From positions 124,001-188,000 of the forward strand of contig KZ537969.1 of the NCBI GenBank assembly GCA_000934665.2: 64,000 bases of DNA. Reading direction: 5' to 3'. This stretch comes from Catajapyx aquilonaris. Taxonomy: Eukaryota. Shown in pieces: positions 10,133 through 23,300 of the stretch (positions are counted from its first letter, which is position 1; every line of letters begins with the position of its first letter). A model generated the notes under the pieces. It was given only the letters and a program-made list of their open reading frames with translations. It searched no databases and was not told the DNA's origin. The position numbers and the translations under genes are program-made.

Positions 10133-12314
10133 TTAATCATCACACACGTAATACTTGGTGTGGCCACCTTGTGCGTTAATCACCGCCTGGAACCGGTCTG
10201 GGAGGGACTCCACAAGTGCCCGCATCAACCCTGGCTGGCACTCCATGCTCCCCCAAACATCGAGGAGGTGGGCCCAGAGAGCATCAGCAGTGTGCTCGTG
10301 CCTGCCATCCCACTCGCGCACCGCTGAGGCCCAGATGTCCTCCATGGGGTTCAGGTCAGGGGAGCATGCGGGCCAGGGGAGCAGAGTGATGTGGGGGTGG
10401 TCCTCCAGCCACTGCCGCATCATCGAGGCGGTGTGGCAGCAGCACCTCCTCCAGGATGGCGTGGCATTCATCCGCGTTCATCCTGGTGGTAGCGCAAGAA
10501 ACATTAGCAACGGCCAACCCGGCACATTAAGCTGCTCAATAAGAAACAGTTGTATTGTCAGTCATATTGTTTTCCTGCAAGAATGAGAATATTCGGTTGA
10601 AGGGACAGTAGTCCTCTGACTATTTCAGGAGGTTCAATATGGAATTTAAGGGGGCACTGGTCCACATGACCTCAAAACTTGACAACAAATAGCGCACTGT
10701 GGAATATTGTCCTGCATGGCAAATGTGCCACCTGGATACTGTCCTTGCCGCCTCACATTAGGAACTATGTTCAATGACTGATAATGGAATTTCGGGCTGA
10801 CCCAGCCAATTTGGCCCTGCAACCCCTATGCTCGATGACTGCAAAAATTACTGAGCACTATACTGTTTCCCTTTATGAAGATGGATCTCATTGCGGGATA
10901 TTCTATCATGGACATCGGGTTAGAATCACCCAAGCGCTGCCGTCTTTGATCTCATTGTGATAGAACTGACTTCTCTGTGAAGGTAGCATGAGCATTTGGG
11001 GAGGGAATGTTACATGTATCCTTTGACACACTGTGTAAGAAAACCAGGAATGAACAGGTTCCTCGGAGGGTTTGTCCGAGCGCGACTTTGGTTGGGTGTC
11101 AAAACTGGGACAGTCTCGGACAAACTGGGCTGTTTTGTATCCCTACCTGGGGGAATGTTCGGCGAGTGCGATTGCCCCTCCTGCCCACATGCACCCCCAA
11201 AAGCCAGCAGTGACGTGGCCACTGGCATTCGTTTCCACGATGTTTTCTGGATCATACCAAAAATAGACAAAACTTAAGTGGTAACAAGTGCCATCGTTGA
11301 ATCCCATTCATTCATATACAGTATATTCTTGGTTTTGTCATGAGTTTTTTCTGGATGCGTATTGTGTATTTGCGGCACCCATTATATTACTGACTACCCC
11401 TTTATAGATACAATATCATGATGTTGTTGTTGTTGTTGTTGTTGTTTGTTTGTTTGTTTGCAATGAGGAAAGCGAGGCAATGACAATAACAATGCTAATT
11501 ACACCCTTGAATCACCAAAACAAAACTCACCGAGTGCCATTCACCCTCCAGCAATGCAGCCTGCCGTTTTCGTCCGAAAAAACTACTGGCAGCTCACTCC
11601 AATGGGCAGTGGGATGACGGACGTTCTCATATGCAAATTGCAGTTGCATTGCCTTCTACCTTTCTGAAAAGCGTTGTCGTCGTGCAGGGGCTCGATCATT
11701 AACCACAGCACCCTGCAACCTGAAACTCACATAATTATTACCTTTGTTTGTGAGGACACGTTTATTAGTCATGTCAGGTAAATACACGAACCCTGCCCCT
11801 CGGAACAATCACGGATTATATAAGTTAAAAGTGACACGATCGCAAAAACTAGGTTGTCCTGTGGGATATCACTTTTTTCACTAGAGTCCGATAGGACATG
11901 GCTCTCCAACATATTATACCATGTTCCGATTATGACGATTGTGGATATCATTACATAAGAATACAGATAGTGTTGTTGGTTATGTTTTTCTGACCTCTTA
12001 TAAGCAGTCCTCATGGTCGCTGGGTAGTCAGGTGCCACCTCTTTCACGACCGATGACGCAGCTCTCTCAGGTTGTGCCTTAACACTGGACAAGACCAGGT
12101 TGTCGAGGTCAGGCGTCGTGCTTTTGGGACGACCTGACCTCGGCCTGGTTTCCAGGCCATCAAAACCCGTTTCTTTGAAACGGGCAATCCACCGACGCAC
12201 CGTCTTCACACTGACGTCCACCTCCGGCATCGCTGCAATCTCCGCTGGGGTGCGACCCTCCCGATGACGGGCGGCTATGTATCCCCTCAGTTGCTTGCTG
12301 CTGTGCCTGGGCAT
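10133..12314 (-). pseudogene. Second intron-containing Tc1-like transposase gene (exons 12314-11995, 11719-11531, ~10530-10133), inactivated
   Basis: MPRHSSKQLRGYIAA...SGRPK; exon 2 has FSDE...HCWRVNGTR with an in-frame TAG; exon 3 has WPACSPDLNPME...GGHTKY but the QDN motif is deleted; same two intron positions as 7186-8834. Confidence 0.8.
11420..11460. repeat. (GTT)n/(GTTT)n microsatellite
   Basis: Directly visible. Confidence 0.9.
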
Positions 12315-12884
12315 GACATAGACTGATGTGCTCATCGGGAAGAGGGTAGTTTGTCTAGGGTCATGTTAATATCTTGCGGTTGTGGAACTGGGCAAATCAA
12401 AATGGGGACTGCAACTGTCCTTCATGGTCAGGATGAGGCAGGAAGAAGGAACCAATATGTCAGACGGATGTTTGTTACCGATCAGTAAAGATCGTCAGGG
12501 GGATTATTAGACAAGAGAAGAAATTAAACACACCAAAAGAAACTAATTTCTCTGGAATCCTGCGACTCAGGGCCGGTCTGAAAGCAGGGGGTTCAGAGCA
12601 ACAGGCAAGCATTCTAACCACTGTGATGCATAACACCAGCCTGCCTCCATGCTTTTAATCCGAATTCAACCTTGCTTGGGTGCTTGGGTAGCTCAATCGA
12701 CTAGGGCCCCCCACCCATCCACGTGCCTTTTAAATGCATTTAATAGTGCACGTAGCATAACTAAATATAGGCAGCGTAATTCGAACATATGTTGCTCATC
12801 ACGCCCTTCAAAGTGCTGTGTATGCGAGGAATACACCCGACCCGGTGGCCCTGCCTTCGTTTTGTCTCTTTTCCATACCGTATA

Positions 12885-13835
12885 CTTTCTCAACACCAGT
12901 GAAGTCTGCCTAGCACGAAAATCACCTGCATGTTGATGTTACAAATACGAATTACTTGAGAATGAATAATGTTTGAATCACGCAACGTACGTATATGCTA
13001 ATGAGCCTCATGGAAGAGCAATGTTGGGGTATCAAAGCATTTGTCAGTGGAATAAGAAGAATAGGACAGTATTTATTTAGCGCCCAGGGGGCAATGGAGT
13101 TTGCCCAGAGCGCTAAACTCGCCACACTGTTAAATACACACTGACGTGGTTGTGTCACATGAAGAAAAAAAAGTGCAGGTCTCTTGCCCTGCACCACAAT
13201 GCCATTACTCGTTGCACTCGGTGTCTGAAAATAACAATCACTGGAGGTGGTAAGCCCATTCCTCCAGAGGTAGTATGCAAGGTGATATGGAAGAGCTCTG
13301 CATCTTGCCAAAACAGTGGAAGCAAGTGGCTGGCAGACAAGGAGATTGGCATTCTATGTGGCCATCGATCAGCCTGGACCTCAATCAGATTGAGACAGAC
13401 TCGAAAATCATGAAGGAGGTACTTCAGAGGAAACATCTTGCACCAAGGAATCCTTGAGGGCCAAACTACAGGAGGTTTGGGACACTATCACTAGCCGAGT
13501 GCCAGAGCTCATCCAACACATGTCGTGTTGTGTGGAGGCCGTCATTGCTGCCCGTGGCAATGTCACCTGCTTCTAGGCGAACTTGGTGGCGTGTTTAGCG
13601 CTCTGGGCGAACTCCATTGCCCCCGGCGTGCTAAATAATTTATTACTGTCATATTCGTCTTGTTCCGCTGACAAATGCATTGATATCTCGCCCCAACATT
13701 GCTCTTCCATGAGGCTCATTAGCTTATACGTAAGTTGCGTGATTAAAAAGTGATTCATTCTCAAGTAATTCCCATTTGTAACATCGATATGCAGGTGATT
13801 TTTGTGCTAGGCGACCTTCATTGGTGTCGGGCAAG
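12885..13835 (+). mobile_element. Internally deleted Tc1-like element with ~250 bp imperfect TIRs and TA flanks
   Basis: TIRs ~12885-13125 and ~13585-13835; internal transposase remnants WPSISLDLNQIE and AVIAARGNVTCF*; TA at 12883-84 and 13836-37. Confidence 0.85.
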
Positions 13836-14226
13836 TATTTGCGGATCTGGAGTGGAGCTGGAAAAAGGTCGGTTGTGGGTAAGCTTTGTGGATTACACGT
13901 AATAACTGTAATGGCCATGTCTCTGCTTAACAGTTTCCAAGGCCCGGGAAAAAATTTTCATCAACTTTTACCCCCCGCTCCCCCCTCTCCCACCTCCTTT
14001 TTGCACCTTTGAGCAATAGCTGTGAATGGCACTCGATTATTGCGACTGCACTGCCCCTGCATTGCATTGCAAAGGGCAAGAGGTATGCCAATATGTCCAT
14101 GATTTCTTCCATATGGTGAAATAAACGGAGCTGTAAATGTAACAAATGTGACAAAACTTTATTCATTGTATGAATTCCCATATGATATTTCAAATTACTG
14201 GCACTACCATGATTTTTCCTGAACAC

Positions 14227-15434
14227 TTAACATTGAAATGGACTCTCTTCCACATGAAATTTCATGTGCTGTTTCAACTCACGTGAACGACTAAAATTTT
14301 GCAGGCACACTTCACAATGAAACGGTCTCTCTCCTGTATGAATTCGCATGTGAGTTGTCAAATTACTTGAACTGCGAAATTTTTTCTGGCACACCTCACA
14401 ATTAAACGGTCTCTCTCCTGTATGCATTCGCATGTGCATTTTCAAACTGCATAAGTGACTAAATTTTTTCTGGAAAGTCTGACAATTAAATGGTTTCTCT
14501 CCCGTATGAATTCGCATGTGAACTTTCAAAGTAACTGAATTACACAATCTTTTCTGGCACACGTCACATATGAATGATTTTTGTGTAGTATGAATTTTCA
14601 TGTGATTTTTCAAACCACTTGAATAATGAAATTTGTTCTGGCAAACCTCACAAGTAAATGGTTTATTCTCTCGTAACTCATGAATGCGCAGGTGATTTTT
14701 CAAACCTCTTTCACAATACAATATTTTCTGGCAAATGTGGCAGCATCTTTTGGCGGTATGAATTGACAAGTGAATATCCGTGACAAATGATCTCTGGCAT
14801 TTTCTGCACTCAAGTGGATTTCTTATAGAGCAGATTCCCATGTACCTTCCCTTCCGTATCCTGTCCTTATCAACTCCATCTTCAGTGGTCTCTTGCTTGA
14901 TCTGAAACATGAATAGGGGAAAAACAATTTCTATCATGCAGTTTGGACAGGACGATAAGACGCGTGCAGGGTGGCACAGATAACTGTACAGAATCCAAAC
15001 TGCTACTGGCTACACCATGTTCCAAAAACATGAACCACTGTTACTACTACTGATGCATATTAACGTTTGTGCATCATGCCGTTTAGCCCTTTCTTAACGA
15101 GCCTGGGTGTTTGACTATTTGGCGTGACTTTGGTGCAAATGTATTGCGATTTCAGAGGATCACGTACCCTACTAATCCTTCTGGGACCGAGAGCTAAAGG
15201 GTCATCCTCATCCTGGACGGCACTGGACGTGACCACCGCCACCATCTCCTCCTCCTCCTCTGCTGCCTCCTGCTTGATCTCCCTCAGCGCGTCCTCAATG
15301 ATCGTGGAGCCAGCATCAAAGCATGACGGGGTCTCCTCCTTCAGGGCCAGCTGCCAGGTCTCCTCCACGGTGATGCTCTCGTCTCCTCCTTCCTCCTCCT
15401 CCGCCTCCTCCTTCACCCTCAGTGTCAACGACAT
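14227..15434 (-). CDS. C2H2 zinc-finger protein (exons 15434-~15168 and ~14901-14227)
   Basis: Acidic N-terminus with (I/V)KxE motifs; about 7 C2H2 fingers with HTGEKP/HTGERP linkers; phase-0 intron AGG|gtacgt...tttcag|ATC. Confidence 0.85.
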
Positions 15435-16103
15435 GGTCCTGCTGGTCACGTAATCACGTCAAGCCGGAAGCGGCATTGGAGGAACATTTCTCTAAGAGAT
15501 GTGCCCACTTACTCTCTTTGACAGCACTGACTGTGAGTATGTCCTGGTGCTCAACAACTCACCTAGTTACCTGTACTCATCCTAGTGTAATATTCCACGT
15601 CTCTAATTAGCGCGAATGAGCGTAATACACTTGAAAAAAATCACTTTCTGACCGTTTCCGCACGTGGTTTCCGTTTCTGACAAAACCGTCGCCATGTTGG
15701 ATTTCAAACAAATGACGGTCGCCAATGATGCCAACACAAAGCTGTTAATATTGTGATTAATAAACGTTAATTAATTAATAATTACTGAATCGCATAATTC
15801 ATATTTAACCATATGCTAGTATGACTCTTTAAAAGTTTGAATTATAAAGTGTCTGTTGGCAACAATGGTGATGCGGGATATTCAAACTGGAAATTCAAAC
15901 CGAACTTATTATGGGGCGAATGTGTAAAAAGGTCTCCAGTTTATATTTATAGTGTGACCATACTGCAAATGTTTATTTGCAATAATTTGTAACATTCGTA
16001 ATAATGGAACAAAATGAGGACGAACAGTACAGTACTGTACATGGACAGACAGCAGCTCCACCTGTGGTCAGGCAGGTGCAGGTCTTCACAAAGAGAGGCA
16101 AAG

Positions 16104-17133
16104 ATGGAGTCAGCTGCAATCGCAGTGTTGAAGCGGGCTGTGGAGATGGACACGAAGAAGAGGTTCACAGAGTCGCTGGTCTGCTACCAGGAAGGGTTGC
16201 AGCTGCTCATGGAGGCCATCAAGCGTAAGTCAGGCCAAGAATAGTACAAGAAAGGGTCAAAAGTTGTAGGTATTGGGTCTGTACCCTCAATGTATGAATG
16301 TATGTGCAGATGTGAGTGATGAGGCGAAGAGGGCGCAGTTCAGGAAGAAGGCTGGGGAGTACATGGACAGGGCAGAGAAGGTGAAGGCCCACATTGAGAG
16401 GGAGAAGGAGCTGGGGCAGTACCACGAGCAGATACACATTGACAACAACTCCACTGGGTTCAGCTACGCTTCCGTGATGGGGAGGTTCCTAGATGATCTG
16501 GTGCAGAGGGTGGAGGTGGAGGATCCATATATACGTGCCTTTCATCAGGTATGGTTGGAGTAGGCAAAGGACATGCTCTGTTTGTATATTATCAACACAT
16601 CTAAATCTAGATTTGACTGATTTGAGATGACACTAATTTGTTGCCATTGATGTAGCCTTAACACAACTTAGATTAATTTTTTTCAGTGTCAAAACTTTCT
16701 ACGGTTGTGCGAACTTCTAGTCCGGTTGTGTTCCAACTTGCGCAACATCATTCTTGTCACAGGAGGTGAAAGTTCAGGCCGCCCATCAGATGATCAACTG
16801 AAACGATTTAAAGAAATTGCAGACAGTCTGTCCCAAGTTAATGTTACTCTGACTGTCAACTTTTCAGATACTCTTCACGATAGGGAAATAAGGTGTAGTG
16901 CACTTTTTTATTACTTCTACTACAACTGGAGATAGTTGTTTGGATTTTGCAACGTTATTTTTGTGTGAATATCTTTGTGCAGGTTGGATACTGGTTGGGT
17001 GATTAAAATTGGAAGAGGACTTGATTACTTCAAACCTGCTGAAGGAAAACTATCCCTTGGTGCTTGTGACATGGACTTGAGACGAACGCATGAGACCACA
17101 GTTGATATTTTTCACACAAAAAACATGAAGTGA
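16104..17133 (+). CDS. MITD1: MIT domain-containing protein 1 (exons 16104-16224, 16310-16548, 16687-16892, 16983-17133)
   Basis: MIT domain ([12 protein letters not shown]...YQEGLQLL...[10 protein letters not shown]); PLD-like domain with [30 protein letters not shown] and ETTVDIFH; canonical splice sites. Confidence 0.93.
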
Positions 17134-19799
17134 ACTTCACAGTGAAAGTGAAACCGAACAGGTGGGATTTTAAAGTTTATTTTTAATAATAAACAGGTGC
17201 CTTGCCTGGTGATAATGTCTGATTTTTCGGAACTTGTTACATGCCCTTTTTCCAACCAAATGCCATCTAGTGGCCTTTTGAGGAGAAATGGGACCTGATA
17301 TGAACACAGAGTAGTCATTATAGTTCAATCATATTAAAATCCGGCCAAGTACACTGACACTGACTGTGAGTTGGACAAAAGATTTTCCATTGGGTAAGAA
17401 TACATTTTTCGCTAGTACTGAATATATTCAACTGCCTTGATGGGAGTCGAGTGCTTGAAGGTCTGCCTTGATTACCACCCATCCTAGCCACATCAGTCAC
17501 ACCCAATTTATATGCCTTGCCTTCCCCAGAAGACAGAAGTGGACAGATCGAATGATTATATAGGATTATAGGTACTGCTCATTTTACGCCTTTGAGTAGT
17601 ACGTGTAATCCATGCTGTAAACTTCAAAGACTTTAGTACCTATTCACAAGCATAGGTGCCTATAGTTGGCTCTGCAGTCGGCCAAGATGGCGGAGCAAAA
17701 TGGTTCCAAGTGGGAGTGGTTTCCTAGTATGGTGGCTTATTGAAAGTATTATGTACTTCGAGCCAAAAGATCTATATATTATTTTTTACCCGCCTTCCAG
17801 GCACCTTATGTAGTGTTTTCAGGGCTGTAGCTGCCAACGAGAGTTTCGATGAATTTTTGTACAGTTGCGCAAAGATTTTAAAAGGGCGTTAAAAAAATTG
17901 GGTCTCTTCGGCGTATCTGTTGAGCTGCGATGGCGTTCTAGTGTCATTTCCTACGTTTTCAGGGTCGAGAAATTAAATTATGACATTTCAAAACCCCTCA
18001 AAGATAAATGTGCATGGTCCGGACTCCTGAGTACATTAGTTCCGATCGGAGCTGGCAGTCCTTTACTGCCGTCCACCTCTTCTGTGAAGTCGATGGTGGT
18101 TTTTGAGGTGTTATTGTGTATCTCTAAAATACGGAATATTAATGTTTCGTAAAAGAGGAGAATCAAGCGCATCATTTCTAATTTTAAAATATCTAGGGTG
18201 AGACATGGTAGGCCTATTTGCAACATCAGATAGTAACTAAATAAAATAATAAAACCAACATGAAGTTCAAATACAGGTATTAAATTTCATTGGAGTCTGA
18301 AATAGGTTAATTCCAACATGCAAAAGCAACATGAAAATTTATGTTTTTAAAAATCTCTCCTGGAGTAGGTCCAATTGTTTTCCCTTTTCACTATTTTGCA
18401 GCAGGAATAAGAGCATATTGGTTGTGACTATGTATGCAGATAAGGACTTACTGCAAATTTTTTGACATTCATTTTCAGTATGTCCAGTGTACTTTCAGTC
18501 ATGTGCAAGTAGCCTAGGTGTTGGGACATTTTCCCATACGGTTCGACCTCCCATTCCTCCATCAGGGAAGTAAATACTTGGGGAATAAGTGCAGCCGTAT
18601 TTTTTGGCACGATCATAACGCGACATGCACCCAAAGAGGCCAAAGTTCCTTTCGTCCCATACTTGGCCTGCTTCATGAACCACTTTCGGCTGCAATGACT
18701 GTAACTCCAGCGATCGCTGCTAGGTACCATCCACTTCACCCGTGCTTGCGAATAATAGAGACTGGAAGTAGCAAGTTATTGCAATGTCAAAATTTCGATT
18801 TGTTTTCTCACTGCTAGCCAACTATGGTGCTGGTGAGGTGTGGAGAAGGTGGGACTGGGAAAGGGAGAGGAGGACAACAGATTAATTTTTTTAAATGACA
18901 ATAATGATTCATAAACACTATCACCAACAATCTTGCTTACCTAATAGTGATCCTGGTGTACATGCTGTTAGTTCAGAACTAGCCAACAGGAAGGCTCAAT
19001 ACTGTAAAAATACAATATTGTATGTTCAACATCCTGTACTGGGATTCTTCTCTCGATGTGATAGTGTCTTGTAATGGATTTTGGTAAATGGGAAATAATG
19101 CTGTTGGCAAGCTCGACTTTTATACAGTTGAAGTTGTAGCCTCTCACTCCTCCTCATCCCTTCCCCTCATTGCTAGGTCTACTAAGCACGGCCTGTTGAG
19201 GAAGATCCTTTTTCCAAAACAGGCCATGCTACTACGGTCCAGGTTAGGCAGCAGAATTATGAGGTACTGTGTTAGCCATAAATATGCCACGTTATCCAAC
19301 ATCAGATTCCTGGAAGGGCAATATCAAGCCAGGTAGGCTGTAACGGTTTGACCCTGGCCACCCTATTGGTGGGGGCACCAGTCCTTTCCCTCCCAGCGGT
19401 TTTAGGTTGTAAAAGCCTAAAAGCCAGTCTGTACTCAGCTTGGGACCGAGAAGGTCCAATAAATACCAGTGCTCAAGGAACCCACCTAGTTTTCTTGGTA
19501 TGAGCCAGCTAGGGGCGGACCCGGGGCGGACCCGGGGACGTCACAAGGCCAATAAAGAATCTTCTTTTGATCCACCACCCAGATTGGGAAAAATTGGCTC
19601 CTTACTCCCAGTATGCCTTTCTCTGGATCTTCACAATACTGCAAGCTCCTCTATAATGTAATGTTCAATACTTCAAAGCGAGCTGCACCCTCCAACCTTA
19701 CACAAATTGATACAGGCAGAATTTTCTTGTGCGCAGGTTGGTACAGCTCATGTGTTGGACCTCATGAGATTGGCCAAACCTGTCAACAGTTTACATATA

Positions 19800-20361
19800 C
19801 AGGGTGTTTATTGTAACTCTGCAAAGACTTTCAGGGGTAATAGAGGGGACCAAGACAAGTATTTTTGACATAGGAACCCGTGTCCGGAAACGCCATCTAG
19901 AGGGGGTTCATAGACAAGGAACGGGTGCGCTCAGACGCGTCACGCGGGAGGCGCTAGTCGAGCGGACTGTTGTGTTGATAGATGGCGCGCAGTTGTTGCC
20001 AGGTTATGTCGTATGGAGTCGTCGTAAGTAAACAACAACTCGATACGCCATAACCTGGCAACAACAGAACCGCTGTTGACTATCCGTGCGTCTCCTACGA
20101 GGCGGACTTTAGTTGCTAGATGGCTCTGCTGTTGCCAGGTTATGGCACATCTCATCATTGGTTACTATCCGAGCGCCATCTATCAACAAAACAGGTCGCT
20201 CGCCTAGCGCCTCCCGCGTGACGCGTCTGAGCGCACCCGTTCCTTGTCTATGAACCCCCTCTAGATGGCGTTTCCGGACACGGGTTCCGATGTCAAAAAT
20301 ACTTGTCTTGGTCTCCTCTATTACCCCTGAAAGTCTTTGCAGAGTTACAATAAACACCCTG
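19800..20361. mobile_element. Tc1/mariner-type MITE with ~190 bp near-perfect TIRs and TA target duplication
   Basis: TA|CAGGGTGTTTATTGTAACTCTGCAAAGAC...GTCTTTGCAGAGTTACAATAAACACCCTG|TA. Confidence 0.92.
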
Positions 20362-23300
20362 TACAGTACACACCATATGCAGTGTGTTACAGAATTTAGT
20401 ATGCATCCAGTGGGTTGGATCTGCTTGAAACGGAATTGCTTTTATTAGTTTGAGCAGTAATCCATGAAGTACGTCATGTGGACAGTAGATTTTTTTGATC
20501 CACTACTCCACTACCACATCAAGTTGAAAACGACTCCATCTAAACGGTATACCAACCTGCTGTGGACAACTCCCTGCATGAATTGAAATGAAATAAAAGC
20601 ACATATGTGGGTACATTGATTTCTTATATTTTCGACACTTTTTTCTGTGTATGAATGGCACTGGTTACAGTTCGAAAAAGATAATACTAGACAAAAAAAG
20701 TTGTACATTTCCAGAATACATTTTTGACACAAATCAATTTCCACAATACGTTACAACACACAAAAAGTTTCTAAAGGAAAGACAAGAAACAGGTGTAAAG
20801 TTATAAAAAAACGATTTTGCCTAATGCAAAAACCAGGAAGTCTGAAATAAAGAATTTTGGCTACCCTTCAATGAGGGTCAGTGACCAATGAAAATCGCCA
20901 AAGTCAACTTTCCTTTTGAAGTGTACCCAGGAGAGAGAAGAGATTCCAAATAACAACATAATTAGAAGGGAGGCAGTCTGTCAGCCACTAATTAAATCCT
21001 TCTGCAAGAGTTGAGCTAAAAGAAAACAAAAACTGATGCGCTTGCATTTTCGGTGTGTGCATAAAAAAACCTTTGCAGATGCAATTAAAATGCGGACCCT
21101 AATTTTTGTTAATGATGGCAGTTTTGTTGTGGAGGGTGAAAAAAATTGTTGCTTTTGGAGCACTATTGAGAGTCGCAGTAGTGGTTGATGGGATCGGTTG
21201 TGAATTATAGGTGACCAACATCCAATCGGTAGGTTTTGACAGAATCTAGCCCTGGACTTTTGAAGGTATAATTTTCTTTGTCCCAAAGAGTTCAATATAC
21301 AGAGGTTGTAAAAAAATAAAATTCACGGTTCTTCACGCACAATGAAGTTATTGAATTTGAATTCAGCTCAGTGTGATCATGTGACCTAAAACTGTGACCA
21401 GCATTCCAGAGCCTGATTTTGCACGACATTTATAGTCAAGTGAATTTTTTTTATTTGCTGATACAGAGATTGGTTTTGCTGAACTTTTGGGGGGTTTTTG
21501 CTTGAACCAGAGGGCAAGTGTTCTTGCAATTTTGTAAGTGCACACTGGAAACTTACAGATTATCAGTTGGGTTTCCTTCTTTGGTGGCAACCTTTTCTCA
21601 TCAGGGTGAGGTTGAGTTTCAAATTGTCAGAAAGAAATTGAATGCATCTGCTCATCATTTTTGTACCAGGAGGGTCCACAATAACTGCTAAATTTACTTA
21701 AGATGACAGTAACATTCGCCATCCCAAACGTGACAAAATACTGCTAGTAGTAAACTAAACAAGAAGATTAGTTGCATCTCGTTTGACAATGTCAAATCTC
21801 ATTGCAGGTGCACCATCTCAGTGCAATTTGAAATACCAAAATGTTTCTTTTTGTGTCTCTCAACTGCATCACATGATGCCACTTTCGATGCTCATAGTAG
21901 TATCATCACATATGACATTTTTGAAGCATTGCTGATTTGGTGTTGAAGGAAATTTTTTTATATGAATCATACACATTGTTCAGAGCCATATCAGAATTAT
22001 CATTACATTTGAAATTACCTGCCACAAGCATTAATTTTTTATATTGTGGGAGGAGGGGGAGGGGGGGGGGAAGGAACATTACTTCAATATAATATTGTTG
22101 AATCAGTTGCTGGTTTGTGCCTAAATTATTTTCGAGGTGTTCATGCACCATTTGATAATACTAGTCAAATTCAAATTTGTCTGCGAGTACCGAGTTAGGT
22201 GTTGGACAAAAGCTTCCGCATTGGGTAAGAATTGCATTTTGCACTAGTGTTGGAATAAACTTGCCAAGAGTGGAATGAGTTTTTGCTAGCCAATGCTGAG
22301 AGTGTAATTGTAAATTATGCAAAATGAGCATGACCTTAGGATTATGCTAATGACTAATTATGCAAGAATGAATGTGATACTTTTTGTGAGCTATGCAAAT
22401 ATGAACGAATGAATACATTATGTTTAATGATGCAGATATGCAAAAATTGATTTGTCATATATATTTGCATGTCAACGAGAATGTGGTGTATGTTCCCAAA
22501 CGTTTAAACTAATCCGCACTGCATCAGCATGAAATAAGATTATAAAGTAATCTAGTAATTCCGAGCACGAGTAATGTGTGCACAAATGATATGATGTAGG
22601 GGTTCCTAGTATACGCAGTTTTTGATACTTATGAACATCATGATTAATGAAGTGAAATATTATTTCCTTGCAATCTAAAACAGTTGTAAACATCATATTC
22701 AGTAGCAGGAGGGGTCTACCCTTTTTCTTCAATGCTTTCATGCAATAAGTTAAATGCACATGGATATTTGTTAACTGTGGCACCACTCTGAATGGGAGTG
22801 TTCTGTAATACTGTAATGAATGCAACTCACACCACGTATTACTTTCTTCCCATTTACAGCAATATCACAATAACAAACTTTGCTCCATATTTAACTTATT
22901 GCAGTATTGCAATGAGTTGAAATGGGAAAAACATACCTTCTGAAAGCTGATGCCTAGATTGCACATAATATTGGCAACACTTTTCACTGCATAGTGTAAG
23001 TTTTGCATGTTGTAATACTCATGTGCAAAATGGGCATGACTGACATGAAAGTGTGAGAATCAACTATTTTATACTGCCAGGACAGAGAATACTAGCTATT
23101 TATCTATGCACAAATCCCACTGTCCAAATGTTTCATTAAATAGGCACTCATATTTAAAATTACAGCTAGTCCATCGTTTATCATTGTGTGCGACTTGCAA
23201 AATTTTTGTGTGTGGCCACATGGAAGAGGTGGTCCGTAGGAGTGATGCTTATTTTTGATTCGATAAAGGCTCTGTTTTCGTGACTTGAAGCATCCCCATG

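Noticed and set aside
12550..12710. tRNA/SINE-like sequence (A-box-like TGGTTAGAATGC on the minus strand)
   Set aside because: No intact B box or cloverleaf
17630..19790. Possible transposon or LINE debris and short ORFs
   Set aside because: No termini or convincing protein motifs could be established by eye
19804..20357. Two near-identical ORFs on opposite strands (MFIVTLQRLSG...)
   Set aside because: Artefact of the MITE inverted repeats
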